Assembly (NCBI GenBank): GCA_903813345.2
Contig: CAIIXF020000001.1
Location: 12,772,001-12,836,000 of the forward strand
DNA: 64,000 bases
DNA from: Owenia fusiformis
Lineage: Eukaryota
Direction: 5' to 3'
Position numbers and translations under genes: made by a program. The notes beneath the pieces were generated by a model. The model was not told where the DNA came from, made no database searches, and worked only from the letters and a program-made list of their open reading frames with translations. This document shows positions 36,901 to 51,900 of the stretch, one piece after another; position 1 is the first letter of the stretch, and each line of letters opens with the position of its first letter.

Positions 36901-39900
36901 TCAGAAGCTATATGATGGCCCCCAGAAGCTAATTAGTGGCCCTCAGGAGCTATATGATGGCACCCAGAAGCTATACAGGGAACCCCAGTGGCCCCAAGAA
37001 GCTATACGATGGCCCCCAGAAGCTATACAGCAGCCCCCAGAAGCTACACGATGGCCCCCAGAATCTATATGATGGCCCCCAATGGCTCCCAGAAGCTATA
37101 GAGGGCCCCCAGTAGCCCCTAGAAGCTATACGGTGGCCCCCAAAGCTATATGGTGGCCCATTGGGGAACACTGTATAGCTTCTGGAGGCCATCGTATAGC
37201 TCATGGGGGCTACCGTATAGTTTCTGCGGGCCCTTGCATAGCTTCTGGGGGCCATCTTATAGCTTCTGGGAGCCACTGGGGGCCCCTGTTTAGCTTCTGG
37301 GGGCTACAGTACAGTTCCTGCAGGCCCTTGCATAGCTTCTGGGGGCCATCGTATAGCTTCTGGGAGCCCCTGTATAGCTTCTGGGGGCTACTATATAGCT
37401 TTCGGGGCCACTGAGGGCCACCATATAGCTTCTAGGGGCTACTGGGGGACCCTTTATAGCTTCTGGGAGCCATTGGGGGCCACCATATAGATTCTGGGGG
37501 CCATTGTGTAGCTTCTGGGAACCACCATGTAGCTCCTGAGGGTCACTATTTAGCTTCTGGGGGCCATCATATAGCCTATGAGGGCCACTGGGGGCCACCG
37601 TATAGCTTCTAGGGGCTACTGGGGGCCCTTCACATCTTCTGGGAGCCATTGGGGGCCATCATATAGATTCTTGGGGCCATCATGTAGCTTTTTGGGGCTC
37701 CTGTATAGCTTCTGGGGGCCATCGTTTAGCTTCTTGGGGCCACTGGGGTCCCCTGTATAGCTTCTGGGAGCCACCGTATAGCTCCTGGGGGCCACTAATT
37801 AGCTTCTGGAGGCCATCATATAGCTTCCGAGGGCCACTGGGGGCCACCATATAGCTTCTGGAGACCATAGTATAGTTTCTGGGGGCCCTTGTATAGCTTC
37901 TGGGGGCCATAGTATAGCCTCTGGGGGCCCAGTGTAGCTTCTGGGGGCCACCGTATAGCTTTTGGGGGCCACTGGGGGCCCCTGTATAGCTTCTGGGTGC
38001 CACCGTATAGCTCCTGGGGGCCACAGGGTTTCCTGTATAGCTTCTGGGAGCCACCGTATAGCTCCTGGGGGCCACTATTCAGCTTCTGGGGGCCAACATA
38101 TAGCTTCTGGGGAGCACAGTATAGCTTCTTGGGGCTACTTGGGGCCCCTGTATAGATTCTTGGGGCCACTGGGGGCCATCATAAAGCTTCTGGGGGCTTC
38201 TGGAACCTAATAATTAATGTATTTTGCCAGGTTTCACCAAAATCTTCAAATATGGGGGCTGTCAGGGGGGGGGGGTTAAATTAATTAAGTTATAATTTTT
38301 CAAAACAAATTCATGCGACTATTTATCTCTAAAGCAAAGGGAGAATAACTTCCTTTTAACTCATTAAGAACGTGAAATGTAAAAACCTCATTATCAAGTG
38401 ATGTTACCATAGCATCTGAAATGTTAGAAATATTTCATAAACCATATGATGAATCATCTTCACTTCTAATCATGCTATATACTTCAGATGCTTTAAGAAT
38501 CAAGAATATGAAGAATATGATGAAAATCAGACTATATGTATACTATTTATATGAATCATTGAAAGTGCATGGTAAATTATAAGATTGGATCTTTAATATA
38601 CAGGGTCGAGATAACCGTTTTGACCCCTGTGAATGATAGTCAAAATGCATGTAACCTTTCCACATACTTATTAGTTCAGTTCAATACATGTACATTTTTA
38701 CTCAATAAGATTGGAACAACGATGGTTGTTACTTTTTTGTTAATTTAATGTTCTTTTTATAATTCTCAAACAATGACGTTCACAGTAGCTGCCTCCAAAG
38801 CTGGATAATTTTGTTAATTCTGATCCAATTTTGAAGATTTGTTGTCTCTTTAATGTTGCTTATATCTTCCACTCATCAAGTAAGGGACAAAACTATGCAC
38901 ACATTCCTTCATACGGCCTCAGTTCTAATAGATATGTTGCTTTACTAGGATATTCTGAACCAAAAATGGATTGATGACGTCACAATTAATGCAAATTAGC
39001 TAATTTGCATAACTTAATATTGTAACCATATAGTAAGTTTAATAAGGTTTAATCAGATACCAATATCATCTCTATAGACCAAATAATGGCGAAGCTACAT
39101 TGATTCAAGACTCCAAGGTAAGATGTATGTATATTATTGTCAAATAATGACATTCACGATAGCTGCCTCGAAAGTTACATAACTTTCGTAATACTGATTC
39201 AATTTTGAATCTGTTTTCACTTTTATGTTGCTTATACCTTCTTCTAATAGAATAAAGGACAAAACCGTTCAGAAATTTTGCCATACGGCCTCAGTTCTAA
39301 TAGATACGTTGCTATAGTTGGAAATTCTGAACCAAAAATAGATTGATGACGTCATAATTTATGCAAATTAGATAATTTGCATAATTGAATATCAGAAATT
39401 TATTGGAAATTCAACGAGGTTTAATTTGGTACCAATATCATTTCTATAGACCAAATAATGACAGAGCTACAAATGATTTAAGATACCAAGGTAAGATGTC
39501 TAAAGATGCGTAACCATGGTAACTGAATGCCGCCATAAAAGTACTATGGGACATTAGTTGGCAATGTTAACAAATGAATTCATTAAATAGACACCCTAGG
39601 GATTACAAAAATGTATGTAACTTATTCACACCTTATGGGTGCATGGGAACCCCTTGTTCCTACTATACTAGATCTATATCTTAAATTCTCAGTACTTGAA
39701 TTAAATAACAAATTATGCAAGTTTATAAATGTTTTTTAAAAGGCATCCATTATAAACATACAAATATCATATTACTATGACAAATATGTTTCTTGAAGGA
39801 CATGATAAATCATAATGTAAAATATTTCAAAATTGTTGAATTTTAGAGCTGTGCGATGAGCAAAATGCATTATGTGATCACTTCCTGATTTGTGATAAAT

Positions 39901-42900
39901 TTTTCATAAATTCTACACATGAGAAAATTACTCTAAGAAGAATAACAAAGTTCATTCATGCATTGAATAGTGACACACAATCATTGGCAATTATAATGGA
40001 TCCAAAGTCTTTCTTTTCAGTCTTCCCTAAGTGAAAGTGCGAGTGAAGAAGAGGGATCTGGTGAAGGTGAAAATGGAATAGATGATAATGGAATAAAAGA
40101 TGCTGATGATGAACGTAAGAGAAAATTGTTGTATTTCATATTTTCTACCTTTTTGGGAAAAAGCATATTACAAACCAAATTAGAAATATATTCATACCCA
40201 GAAAAGAGGGCATTTGTTTCAACTCATTGTTGTCAAAAATGGCATCTTGGATGACACAATGTGACATTTTGAAAAGAGACAAAATGCCCAAATCTAGTTT
40301 AAGACAAACAGTTGAAAAGTAAGCATGCTGTCAATTAATGTGTTTTTGTATTTGTAGTCGAAAAAATGCCAGAGGAAAGAGAAAAACCTGATAAAGAAGC
40401 TAAAGGTTAGTAAATAAAAATGTAATAAGTAATAAAAATTTAACTAACCTGTTGAATCCCAGGCTCTAAAATCAGTTTGAAATCTGAAAAAAAAATTCAT
40501 TTGACATTTTACAATACATATAATACAACATACAAATATAAATGATGAAATGTACCAATCATCATTCAATAATTATTATATAAATATTTTATTAACAAGC
40601 TACACTGCATCACAATGGCACTAGTTACTTGGCCTTTAGCAATTATAACTTTATCCATTTAAAGCTATTAGTCTATATATGCATAGACTATATAATGTAG
40701 ACTAGTAATATTATAAATATACAGTATCTTTTACCACGTTATTTTTTTAATAAGGTATAAGTGCATTAAACCATTGGCTTTCAACAGAAAGCCCATGATT
40801 AAACCACCTGGGCCTAGGATGTAGGTGATTGTGAAATATAGATGAATAATGAAGTACACTAATGTTGTGATCATTTTCAACCAAATTTACTACTTATTGA
40901 TATGAATGCACTTCACAACTCCTGAATTGATGTCTTCATTTTTAAGGTGTGCTAATTGAGGGAGACGTATTAGTATCAGACAGCAAGGTGAGAAATGCAA
41001 TAGTTTGATCATACTGATACAGAGGTCAATGGGATAACCCAACTGTAGTTGACTATTTCCTCATGGATAGATAGAAACATGAGTACTGGTAATAGAGTTG
41101 CTCATAACTGATTGCAGTTTGGTGAACTAAATTCATAATTGTGTTTCTCTTAAACTGATTATTGAAGAAATCTGAAAAATACACATCCTCAATGTGATGG
41201 ACATTGAATGACAATTTAACCTCGTTGGAACAAAATAACATAAACACAATGTGCCTATAGTCCTCTCAATATTATAGGGATACAAGAAAAATTAGATTGA
41301 TTTAGAATTATCTAAAACAATAAATAAATACACCAAAAATAGATACTTAAAAGATACATTTCAATTTTTATTTTTAAGATACTACATTCAAATCAACCAA
41401 ACTTTTGATATTGAGAGAACTAAGTACATAATGTATATGTCATTTTTTCCAACAAGGGTTGGATAGATGTTTCATTGCATTCCAAACATGTGGTAGCAGG
41501 AACAAAGGAAAGTGTCAGATGGGTTGGGAGATTTTGTTTATATTCATTTTAATTTTGAAAAAAATGGAAATTTTATATCAAATACATGACAAGTGTCAAA
41601 AAAGTTTGAAGAGTGTCAAATGGCCATACTAGCTTTTCAAAGAAACAAAAGCTGTGCACAGTGTAGTAGCAACACCAAAATGATTCAAGATTTTATCTGG
41701 TAGAGACTCGAGAGACCATCAAGAATATGCATCTCTAAGAGACCACGATGCATGGTCACGTTACTACAGATCTCGCAAATAAATACATTTATTCAAAAAT
41801 TAGCCTGGTCCTAGTGACCCTCATGATGTATTCCTTGCAACTTTTAACTCAATCGATGTGACATTCATGAATTTGTTTCAATTGCTTTTTAAATGATTGT
41901 CTGGAGGCAGCTTTATTTAAAAATTGTTATTATATGGAGTGCATGTGAGAATATCACATTATTGAAGGAAAATGATGATTTGCATATAGATATTTGATCT
42001 ACACATAAAATTATGCAAATTACACTAATGCAAAGTATGTATATGATGATGCTTGTTTCACATCATAGTGTTTGTCCAACACATCATGTGGTCGGACAGA
42101 TATTTAACAAACAGAAACAGGATGAAAGGGACAGGGATATTTCTTATTAAAAGAAATAACTTCAGAAATAACTAGATGACAAATATGCATAGCCTTTGTA
42201 TGTAAATACACAAGCGAATAAGCTAGCAATTAACAAAACAACTAAGTTACCTTATAATTACTTAGCTATTCGATTGCTTACTAAGACTGCATTTTTGAAT
42301 TGCCTGCGGTGCAAGAAAACTTAATGCACTTAATGAGCCTTCTCAGCGGGTATCTCGAAAAAATCAATAAGACCCTGAATGCAAATTACATACTCACACA
42401 TTTTCAACAAAGGCAGCTAGTCCAAGCGCACTTACACTCATAATAATACCACTGTGTCAAGAGTGTGTTGACTAGTTGCTGGTGTACCACAGGATTTCCA
42501 TTGCAATAAACCATGCTGTCTTTCAAAAGAATTATGTGAGTGTAAGTGATCTTGGATGAACAGTTTTTGTTGAAAACATGCAACCATGCAATTTGCTTCG
42601 TGAGGCCCATTGATCCCTCGATCTCATGACATCTGGAGGGAAAACTCAAGAAACACCAAGTTATCCACCCAAGCCGCGAGCAGTTCAAAAATGCAAACTA
42701 TGTTAGGAAGTTAGTTAGCTAATTAATAAGTAAGTGTTTTAATTAGTCATTTAGGCAGTTAATAATGCCTGGGTCACATTTGCTCCAATCCATCGGCCGG
42801 CGCCCAGCCAATTGAGTGTATTGCTCAATATTGTATTCAATTTTGAACAAAATACTCAATCAGCCGGGCGCCGAAGTGAAAATTGAAGCAAATGTGACCA

Positions 42901-45900
42901 AGGCATTCCTAATATAGCATTCGTGAATGCAACTTCCAGCTACCAGGTTGATTGCAATTTGATGGCCAACTCATTTGAATAAGAAATGGTTCGTACATTG
43001 TAGTTACTTAGTCAGTAACTAAGTTACTTAGTCATTTACTAAGTTTGTTAGCTACTGATTATTTTAGTTACTTTATAAGTATGCCATCATGACATGATGC
43101 ACATGAAAATGATGCACATGTAAGTATAAAGATATTTGGACTGATTTTATAAAATGATACATTCAGACATTATCCTATCTAGGTTTAATTTTAGGTGTAA
43201 GGAGCATTTGACATTTCAACATTTTAGGTGAGGAATGCTGCAGTCGCTCCAAAGTTGTGGCCTGGTGGTATCGTATATTACAAAATTGATAACACAAAGT
43301 TCTGTAAGTATGCACAATGAAAAACTGTATTAACTCTGTATTATATTTGCTTTCTTCGTTTTGTTCCATTTGAAAATTACTGCAATAGTAGTTGAGAGAA
43401 CATGATAAATAAAATACATGATGGGCATCCCGGTGATTAAATATGACATGCACAACTTAGGTAGTTCCATTCAGATTTTATGAAATAAACATACAGGCTT
43501 TTCATCCAGAGATTTCTGACATTTTTTCAATATTCTTACATAGGATTAATGCAGTTTATAAGGTATTTATTCATTTATTCAAGTGTCACTTATTTAAAGA
43601 AGCCAGCTCTACCTGGGCTTATGAGACACATTTACAGCATTACATAATTACAATTTACAATGGAATATATAATTATAATACAATTTACTATAACATGATA
43701 ATTAGACTCTAGATTGAAAAAACTTTGTTCAATTTCAAATCTAGTTAAAGGAGTGGTATCGATATGGAGAATGTTTTGAACACACGTTTCTCTTAAACCA
43801 GTCATAGAAAAATCTAAAATTTATCACATCGTCAATTTAATGGTCATCTTTCGAATGGTAACAATATAATTTGAAAAATATATAATTATATACTTTCATC
43901 TATATTGTTTTAGAAAACACATCAAACACTTGTTTTGTTCTTGGTATCATCTTTCCAGAGTGAAATGAAACATCTTTCCGAACCTCATTGGAACAAAACG
44001 ACATAAACACAACATGTTTAGGTCTCTGAATATTGTAATTGTAAAAAGGAAAGTTTGGTTGATTTTAAAAAAGTATCTTGTTAATGAAATAAAAGGTTTA
44101 TCTTAATTTTTATCTCATTTGGGGGGATTTTGTTTTAATTTTTTGAATACTTTTTTAAAATCAACCCAAAATTCCTTTGTAAAACTATAATATTGAGAGG
44201 TCTAAAAACATGTTGTATATGCTATTTTGTTCCAACAAGGTTCGGAAAGACATTTTATTTCATTATCAAGAATTGGTTGAAAGGAGCAAAAACAATTGCA
44301 CTAAAAAAAAATATATGTTAACAAAAACAGTTATATAAAATATTTCTAAATAATTTTCGCATTAAATTGTTGTCAATCAGTCAACATTATATAAAATACC
44401 ATGTTTTTACAGAATGTTTTCAATGATTGGTTTAAGAGATTAACATTGTTGAATTCAGTTCACCCGAATCGATACCAATCCTTTGATTTTGAATGAAATG
44501 CTTTTCCTTATGCAAAATATTTTTTGTAAATATATTCCGAAAACATTTAATTCATTTTTTGTTGTTATTGAAGGACCCACAGCCCAATGTCAATTGTAAC
44601 CTCACTATGTTTAGAAAATATTAACTTTGTACAGAAAAACCTCTTTGTCCAAATGAATTAAATGAGTAAGTTACTAAGCCATTAACATACTCAGACTTAG
44701 ACTTAGGTACTACATGTAAGTTATTGAGTTAGTTAGTTACTAAGTTACTTTAAAGCAATTTTCACAAAACCTGCCATTGACTTTATATATTCATCAAATT
44801 GAAGCAAGTTGGAAAATGAACTATTTTTACCATTACCATTTTTTGACATCAAATATCTCAAAAACAGTAAAGAAATTAGTGTTGACATATACTGAGCAAT
44901 TTGTAGACAATGCTTAAATCTAGTGAAAGGTTCTTTCTTGAAAGAATATGAAGTGTTAGGACAAACTTTAAAAACTTAAAAAAACTTAGACTTGACCCAG
45001 TTCCCTGAAAAAGTCTTACTCTTGTCAAATGTTATAGAGTACACAGAAAACAGTAATTCCAAGAGCTTTGAAATCTTAAGAGGACACATGTAAACAACTA
45101 TGCATAGGCTCACTGTGTAAGTCAAAATATTTTTAAATGAAATGAGATTTTTTTATAACAGCCAGGAAAAAAACAACCTTGAAAATTAATGTAAACAACA
45201 CAATTTGTTCAGTCCAGAAAAACTAGCAAAACCAAGAAAAAAATGTCTCAGGATGTGATTAGTAACATAAATATGGAAATAAAAAACCATGACTAAATAT
45301 ATATCAATGGCGTAGCGTGGGTATTTTGTGAGTGTACGCCGCGAGTAAGCGAAATAGACCTGCTTTGAGGGGGGTTCAGTGGAGGTCCCCCCAAGAAAAA
45401 AAAACACGGTGAACAATATGGCACCCTAAAACAGAAATGGCCATCTTAACATTTATCCAGAATGTCGAAAAACTTATCAGTTCTAAACTTTCATAGGTAG
45501 AAACATCCCTGAGAAATTCAAATGAATCCCTCAAACGGTTTGGCTGGAAACCTGTAGACAAGCCTTGACAGACAAGGTTTAAGAACAGAAAATCCAAAAT
45601 GGCCGCCTTAACATTTACCAAGAATGCTGAAAACTTATCAGTTCTAAACTTTCATAGGTAGAAACATCCCTGAGAATTTCAAATGAATCGCTCAAACGGT
45701 TTGGCTGGAAACCTATAGACAAGCCTTGACAGACAAGATTTTAGGACGGAAAATCCAAAATGGCCACCTTAACATTTACCCAGAATGCCGAAAAACTAAT
45801 CAGTTCTAAACTTTAATAGGTAGAAACATCCCTGAGAATTTCAAATGAATCCCTCAAACGGTTTGGCTGGAAACCTGTAGACAAGCCTTGACAGACAAGA

Positions 45901-48900
45901 TTTTAGGACGGAAAATCCAAAATGGCCACCTTAACATTTACCCAGAATGCCGAAAAACTAATCAGTTCTAAACTTTCATAGGTAGAAACATCCGTGAAAA
46001 TTTCAGATGAATCCCTCAAACGGTTTGGCTGGAAACCTGTAGACAAGATTATTCGGGACGCCCGCCCACCCGGCAAACTGATTACAATATAGCACCTTAG
46101 GGTGCGATAAAAAGAAAGTGAAAAAGAAAATGAGATAGCATTTGAAGCGTTCTGGGGCGTTTGAAATACAAAATTCCGACTATTATGGACGAATAGAATG
46201 TAAATTATTAGCCATTTTTGAAGTGTGGGGCAAATCAATATAAAAAATCAACTGTTTTCTAAATTTTGAGAGTATGCCATGGCGTTTTATGCGTATATGA
46301 CGCTACGCCATTCTATATGAAACCTATCCATTACACATACCATATATGGATTGGAATACAGAAGTTTTCTTGAATGTGGTTTTAATTTCTACCTGAAAGA
46401 TGGCAATGTAATTAATAACTCTTTTAAAAATTACTTACCACTGGGTTATCTTAGAGTTGGCTCACTTTGGCCTTTTTACAATGTTTGTGCAGCTTAATCC
46501 AATGTTTTGAATTGTCTATTGTTGATTCTCTCAAAATGACTTACTAACTTACTATTGGCCAATTATGAGGGATTCCACTTCATTTGTTTGGTAGAAAATC
46601 AATCAATATGTTATCACTCTATGCAGACTGTACTATATATATGAAAACAAGTGGTGCGGATATCATGTGCGCAAAGTGCAGATATTAACCAGGCCCGTAG
46701 CCAGGATTTGCCAAGGGGAGGGGGGGGGGGGGGTCAGTATTCATAAATTTCCAGGGGGGTTCACATTTGACAATCTTGGCCTAAATATGGCTAAAATCAC
46801 TTGAGAAGTGCTCAAAATGGTGAAAAACCTTTTCCTGGAATAAATTATGCACTTTTGCGACTTTTAGAAAATATGAATGACAAGGAATGACATGATCCAA
46901 AAATATTCTTAAATTGAAACAATTTCAGCCTGCTCGCTATATCTGATTCTCTCTTTAATATGTGATACAACTCACTCATTGCATCGCATTGCAGCTGTTT
47001 CACAGCATAAACATTCATTCAATATTGGGTGATCGAGATGACCTATCAATATAAATTATATTTGCATTTTGAAAGTTGAAAGATTTCTTTGTGATTCTAT
47101 ACAAAAAAGCGATGCCGATATCCACGGATATCCGTAAAGTGACGGATATCCGCACCGCTTGTTTAGAGGTTGCACATATCTGATAAATGTTTCCAATTTT
47201 AAAAAAATTCACAAAGAAAGTTTATGACTTTTAAATTGCAAAAATAATTAATATTGATTGGTCATCTCGATCACCAATACTGATCTTGAAGGCTGTAAAT
47301 TGTGTAATAAAGCATCAATTTCAAATTCTTTGATATGGAGCAAGGATGAATGCCTAGTGCGTCTTTAAAGAATGAAGAATAAAACAATAGACAGAATTTC
47401 CCTTTTATTAGGTCTCCTATACAAATGGATGACTATAACTGATTACCCAACATGCCTTTATGAAATATCACAAATTCAAATTCAAAAATGACCGTTAATA
47501 TCCGCACCTTGCGCACATGATATCCGCACCGCTTAGAGCACAGTCTGTAACAGTGGTTATAATCTGAAATTATTTTGAAAATATTTTGTACTTTTAGGAA
47601 CTTTAGGAATAAAGTCAATGTAAAGCAAATTGAGAGTGTGACTGCTCAGTAATGTTACTTGAGACAAATGTGTGATTGTGCTTGTAGTAAAACATGATAA
47701 TCAATTGCAGTAGACACGACCAAAGCGTGAGCCTAATCAATAACGCACCAGCAATTTGTATGACACGCTCAATATTTAACAAAATATAACCACATAAGTC
47801 AATGAGCTATTGTATTTCATCCAATCAATTTGGTGAAGTTCCTGTACTATCACACGGTACTAACTCATCGGGGCGTATCAAAACCAAAACACCCCGCAAA
47901 ACCGTTAATTTGAATTTCATATCTACCCTGTCTTTGGAAAATCAATTGATTGTGAGTCTCACACTACACCATTTTTCTTCAAACTTGTTCCATTAAAACC
48001 TTCACAGAGATACCTTTCAGTCGAGACATTGCTTTTGTTTACAAATTGTCCCTCGTTTTAGCGGCGTTTTGGTCCCCAGATATGAGAAGTTGCAAACCCT
48101 CAGAAATTTCAACCACAATCCTTGATATCTCGCCAGTTCTTCTATCACTCACCTCCATATTCTGTGCAAGTACTCCCATTACAACCCTCTGTCGCTGCAT
48201 CAACATATTTATTACATGAAACGCAGCAATTTTGAAAAGTCCTACGCAACTGTTCGAAATTGACCAAAACGCCCTGTTGTCTTCCAAAACGCCCCGCAGA
48301 GTCTATGACTACAAACGTGTACAGGTAGATCCAACGGGGCGTTTTGGAAGAGAACGGATTGTTTTGATCAATTTCGAACACATGCGTAAGATTTTTGGAA
48401 ATTGCTGCGTTAATGACATAAATATGTTAATGCAGAGATGGAGGGTTGTAATGGGAGTCCTTTTGCAAAATATAGGGGAGAATAATAGTTTGAACTGGCG
48501 ATATATCGAGGCTTTTGGTTGAAATCTCAGAAGATTTGCATCTTCTTACATCTGGGGACCAAAACGGCGCTAAAACGAGTGACTCTGTACACAAAAGCAT
48601 GTTTCGAGTGAACGGTATTTCTGTAAAGGTTTTAATGGAACAAGTTTGAAGAAAAACAGTGTACTGTAAGACTCACAATCATTGATTTTCCGAAGAAAGG
48701 GTAGGTTTGAAATTCAAATTAACGGTTTTGCGGGGCGTTTTGGTTTCGATACGCCCCGGTGAGTTAGTACCGCGTGACTATACCATGTGTTACCTGAAAT
48801 TAACAATGTCTTACTTGAATGCCATTTAATTGTTAATTGCACCAAAACTGTTTCATATGATCATTTATTTATTTTGATCCCTAAAACCCGGCTTTTTATG

Positions 48901-51900
48901 TATGCAATTAGCCTGGAAAACAATGAGTTAAAACTACCCACTGTAATACATTTTTCTCATTATTATGTCTGGAGTTAAATTAATTGTGAATCAATATACC
49001 TGATATTTGAGTATTAATGCTTTATAAATAATTACTGCTTCATGTTTTGTTCCATTGTTTTAGCAAGTGCAGTTGTTGACAATATCACACTGGCTATGAG
49101 TCAAATAAGTTCTAAAACACTGAGGTGTATAAAGTTTCAAGAAAGGACAGTGCAGAGAAATTACATCAATTTCGTCAAAGATGATGGGTAATTTTTAATA
49201 TTTTATCAAAGCTGCAATAACAAAGCATATAAACATAGTCATATGTCTTGATTGATTGATTGATGCATGAACAGATGTACACATGTATTTTAATCTAAAA
49301 TAGTTAGTAATTCAGATAAAGGTTAGGCCCATAGTCAGGGGGTTTGAGTGAACCACCCTGGTCAAATACTTTTCAAAATCATGCAGCTTTTCACCATTAT
49401 ATCTTTGAGTGATTTTGGGCCAAAAATTGTCAAATTCAAACCCCCCTGGAATTCTTAAAAACACAGCCCCCTTGGCAAAAGCTGTCTATGGGCCTGAATA
49501 TACATGTAATTCATGTAATTTTCTTCTTGATTTCTTATCCACAATACTGTCAACTTTTATCTTATAAAAGAATTGCTAGGTAAAAATACCTATAAAGATA
49601 TGCAATACCATATATGCCATGTCCCTTTCAGATGCTTCTCAGAAATAGGAATGAAAGGATTGGATCAGGAATTATCACTTGGAACAGGCTGTAATCAGGT
49701 TGGTACAATGATGCATGAAATACTCCACGCTATTGGGGTGTCTCATCAACACACCAGAAACGATAGAGATGACTATGTTAAAGTTAATTGGAGCCAGATT
49801 AAAGGTAAAAATACCCTTATTCAGTATATTTCATTAAAATAATAAGGGCCAAAACTGAAGTAAAACATTCCATTTCAGAAATGCTGAATTCCTAAAGGTG
49901 ATGTCTAAACTGAACTAAATCAAATTGATGTAACCATCACTGGTTTCGTGCTTTACAATGGTTTTGCTAGTTGCATCCTTTCTTGTGAATATATTACCAA
50001 AATTTCAAACAATAATCGTTATTATGTTGGTTTCACGAAAAAATCATGCCATTTTCAAAGTGGCAGCCATCTTGATAATCTTTTGCTTAAAACTGTTTAC
50101 CAATATCCATCTTTCCACTAAATATGAAGAAAATCCATCTACTAGTGCGGCGGTCAAAAAATGGCAACTCTGTCAATATTTTCCTCATATGTATGTCATT
50201 TCAGGGAATTAACCCCCTGATATTTGGAACATTTGTACATCATTCAATTTCCCACCAGCCCCCTATATTTCATGACCATCAGACTGATAGTCACAATATA
50301 ACTGCACTCTAAACAACATGCTCCAAAGTTTTAATATTTTTCTTGACCACCCTGTATTTGAGTTATTTTCTGGACAGACGGATGGACTGACAGTCAGACA
50401 GATGGATGGACTGACTGACAGATGGGCGGATGGCTTCACTACATCCATACCGAATTTTGTTTGTTGGGATAATTATGCACATAGTTAAAAGCCAATGAGA
50501 ATATGGCCCACGCTGGTGATGTTGTCAACATGATGATGTCTTCCAGTAGATTCACTTGATAGTTTTGACAAAAATGAGGGAAGGGGCTTGGCTTTACTAT
50601 TGGTTGGTATCTGTTCAACAAAAATAGAGAATATTGCCACATTTTTTATGAAATGGGCAAACATCTATTTGAGTATGACAGTATAAAGTCACATCTTTTG
50701 AACATGAAATGGGTCTGGTTACTGAAAACCAATCCCAAGAAGTGGGTGTATGATTGAAAGAACAACCCTGGATGTGGGTCCAGTTTTGGAGAGATTAACC
50801 CCTAGAAATACATGTATAATGAATTGACCAGTTGTTACCTCTACCCCCTCCCCTGGCCTGAAGCTCATTGTTTGAATTGCTGGTGGTTTGCTTCTGTTTC
50901 CTTTGACTGGTATTGCTCTTAATGTTTCTTTTTATATGTATTTATAATACTTTTTGGTTTTACCTCTTATGGCACTTAAGCTCACACATTTAAAAAGGAT
51001 GAAACTGCTGATCTAATAACATGAACAATAATTGATTGTACACTGTTTTTACATTTAGCATCAGTGAAAGTCAACTTCGAGAAGAGGGACAATGACAATG
51101 ATACTAATGTTCCTTACTGCTTCAACAGCATAATGCATTATGGCAACTTTGCGTTCACTTCAAGAAAAGACGTTAAAACATTAACTTCAAAGACAAAGCC
51201 TTCAATGACATTTGGTCAAAGGGTGAAGTTAGAGAATTGTGATATTATGTATCTAAAGAAGTTGTACCAATGCGGCAGAGGTATGGTTATTTACATTTTC
51301 AATTTAAATTGTTTAATTGATCAATAGCTGTTATTAAAACATTCTCTATTCTTAATGATAAATAACTTTCACAGTCAATAGACTCGGGCATAAACATTCT
51401 CTTCTGAAAATATCAAAGCTTAAAAGATTCCTTAGCTTGTAAGCAATATGACAAGTTGACTGAAATGGGAATAATTATCAATGGTGGGCAATGGTTGTAT
51501 TTTTACCCCGAGAGAATCTCATTGTTGTCACAATCATAGGCACAATACACTGGCAGTGGCCCAGCCATTCCCTAGAATAGCCATATTTCTACCTGTATGC
51601 ACCTATACTTGGATGTATATTCATTGTTCAAGTAAATTATTTCTCTGATGTCATACTCCATTTATGTGTAATCACATCATCAGAATATTATAAAAAATTA
51701 CTTAGGACAGCTTTACAGAATAAATCAGAGATGGTTTTAATATGATTTGATAAGAGAACAATATTTTGAAATATGGATGCATAAATATTGTAAATATATG
51801 TTTCAGGAGGATCAGGTATACCCATCGGGACCAGTTCAAGATCATCTTATTCAAGACCTTCCTCAACAATTCCCAGATCAAGACCATCTGGCTCAAGCCC

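Noticed and set aside
36800-38210. Multiple 'MAPRSY...' ORFs on both strands
   Set aside because: They are translations of the ~21-bp minisatellite inside the foldback element, with no evidence of a gene.
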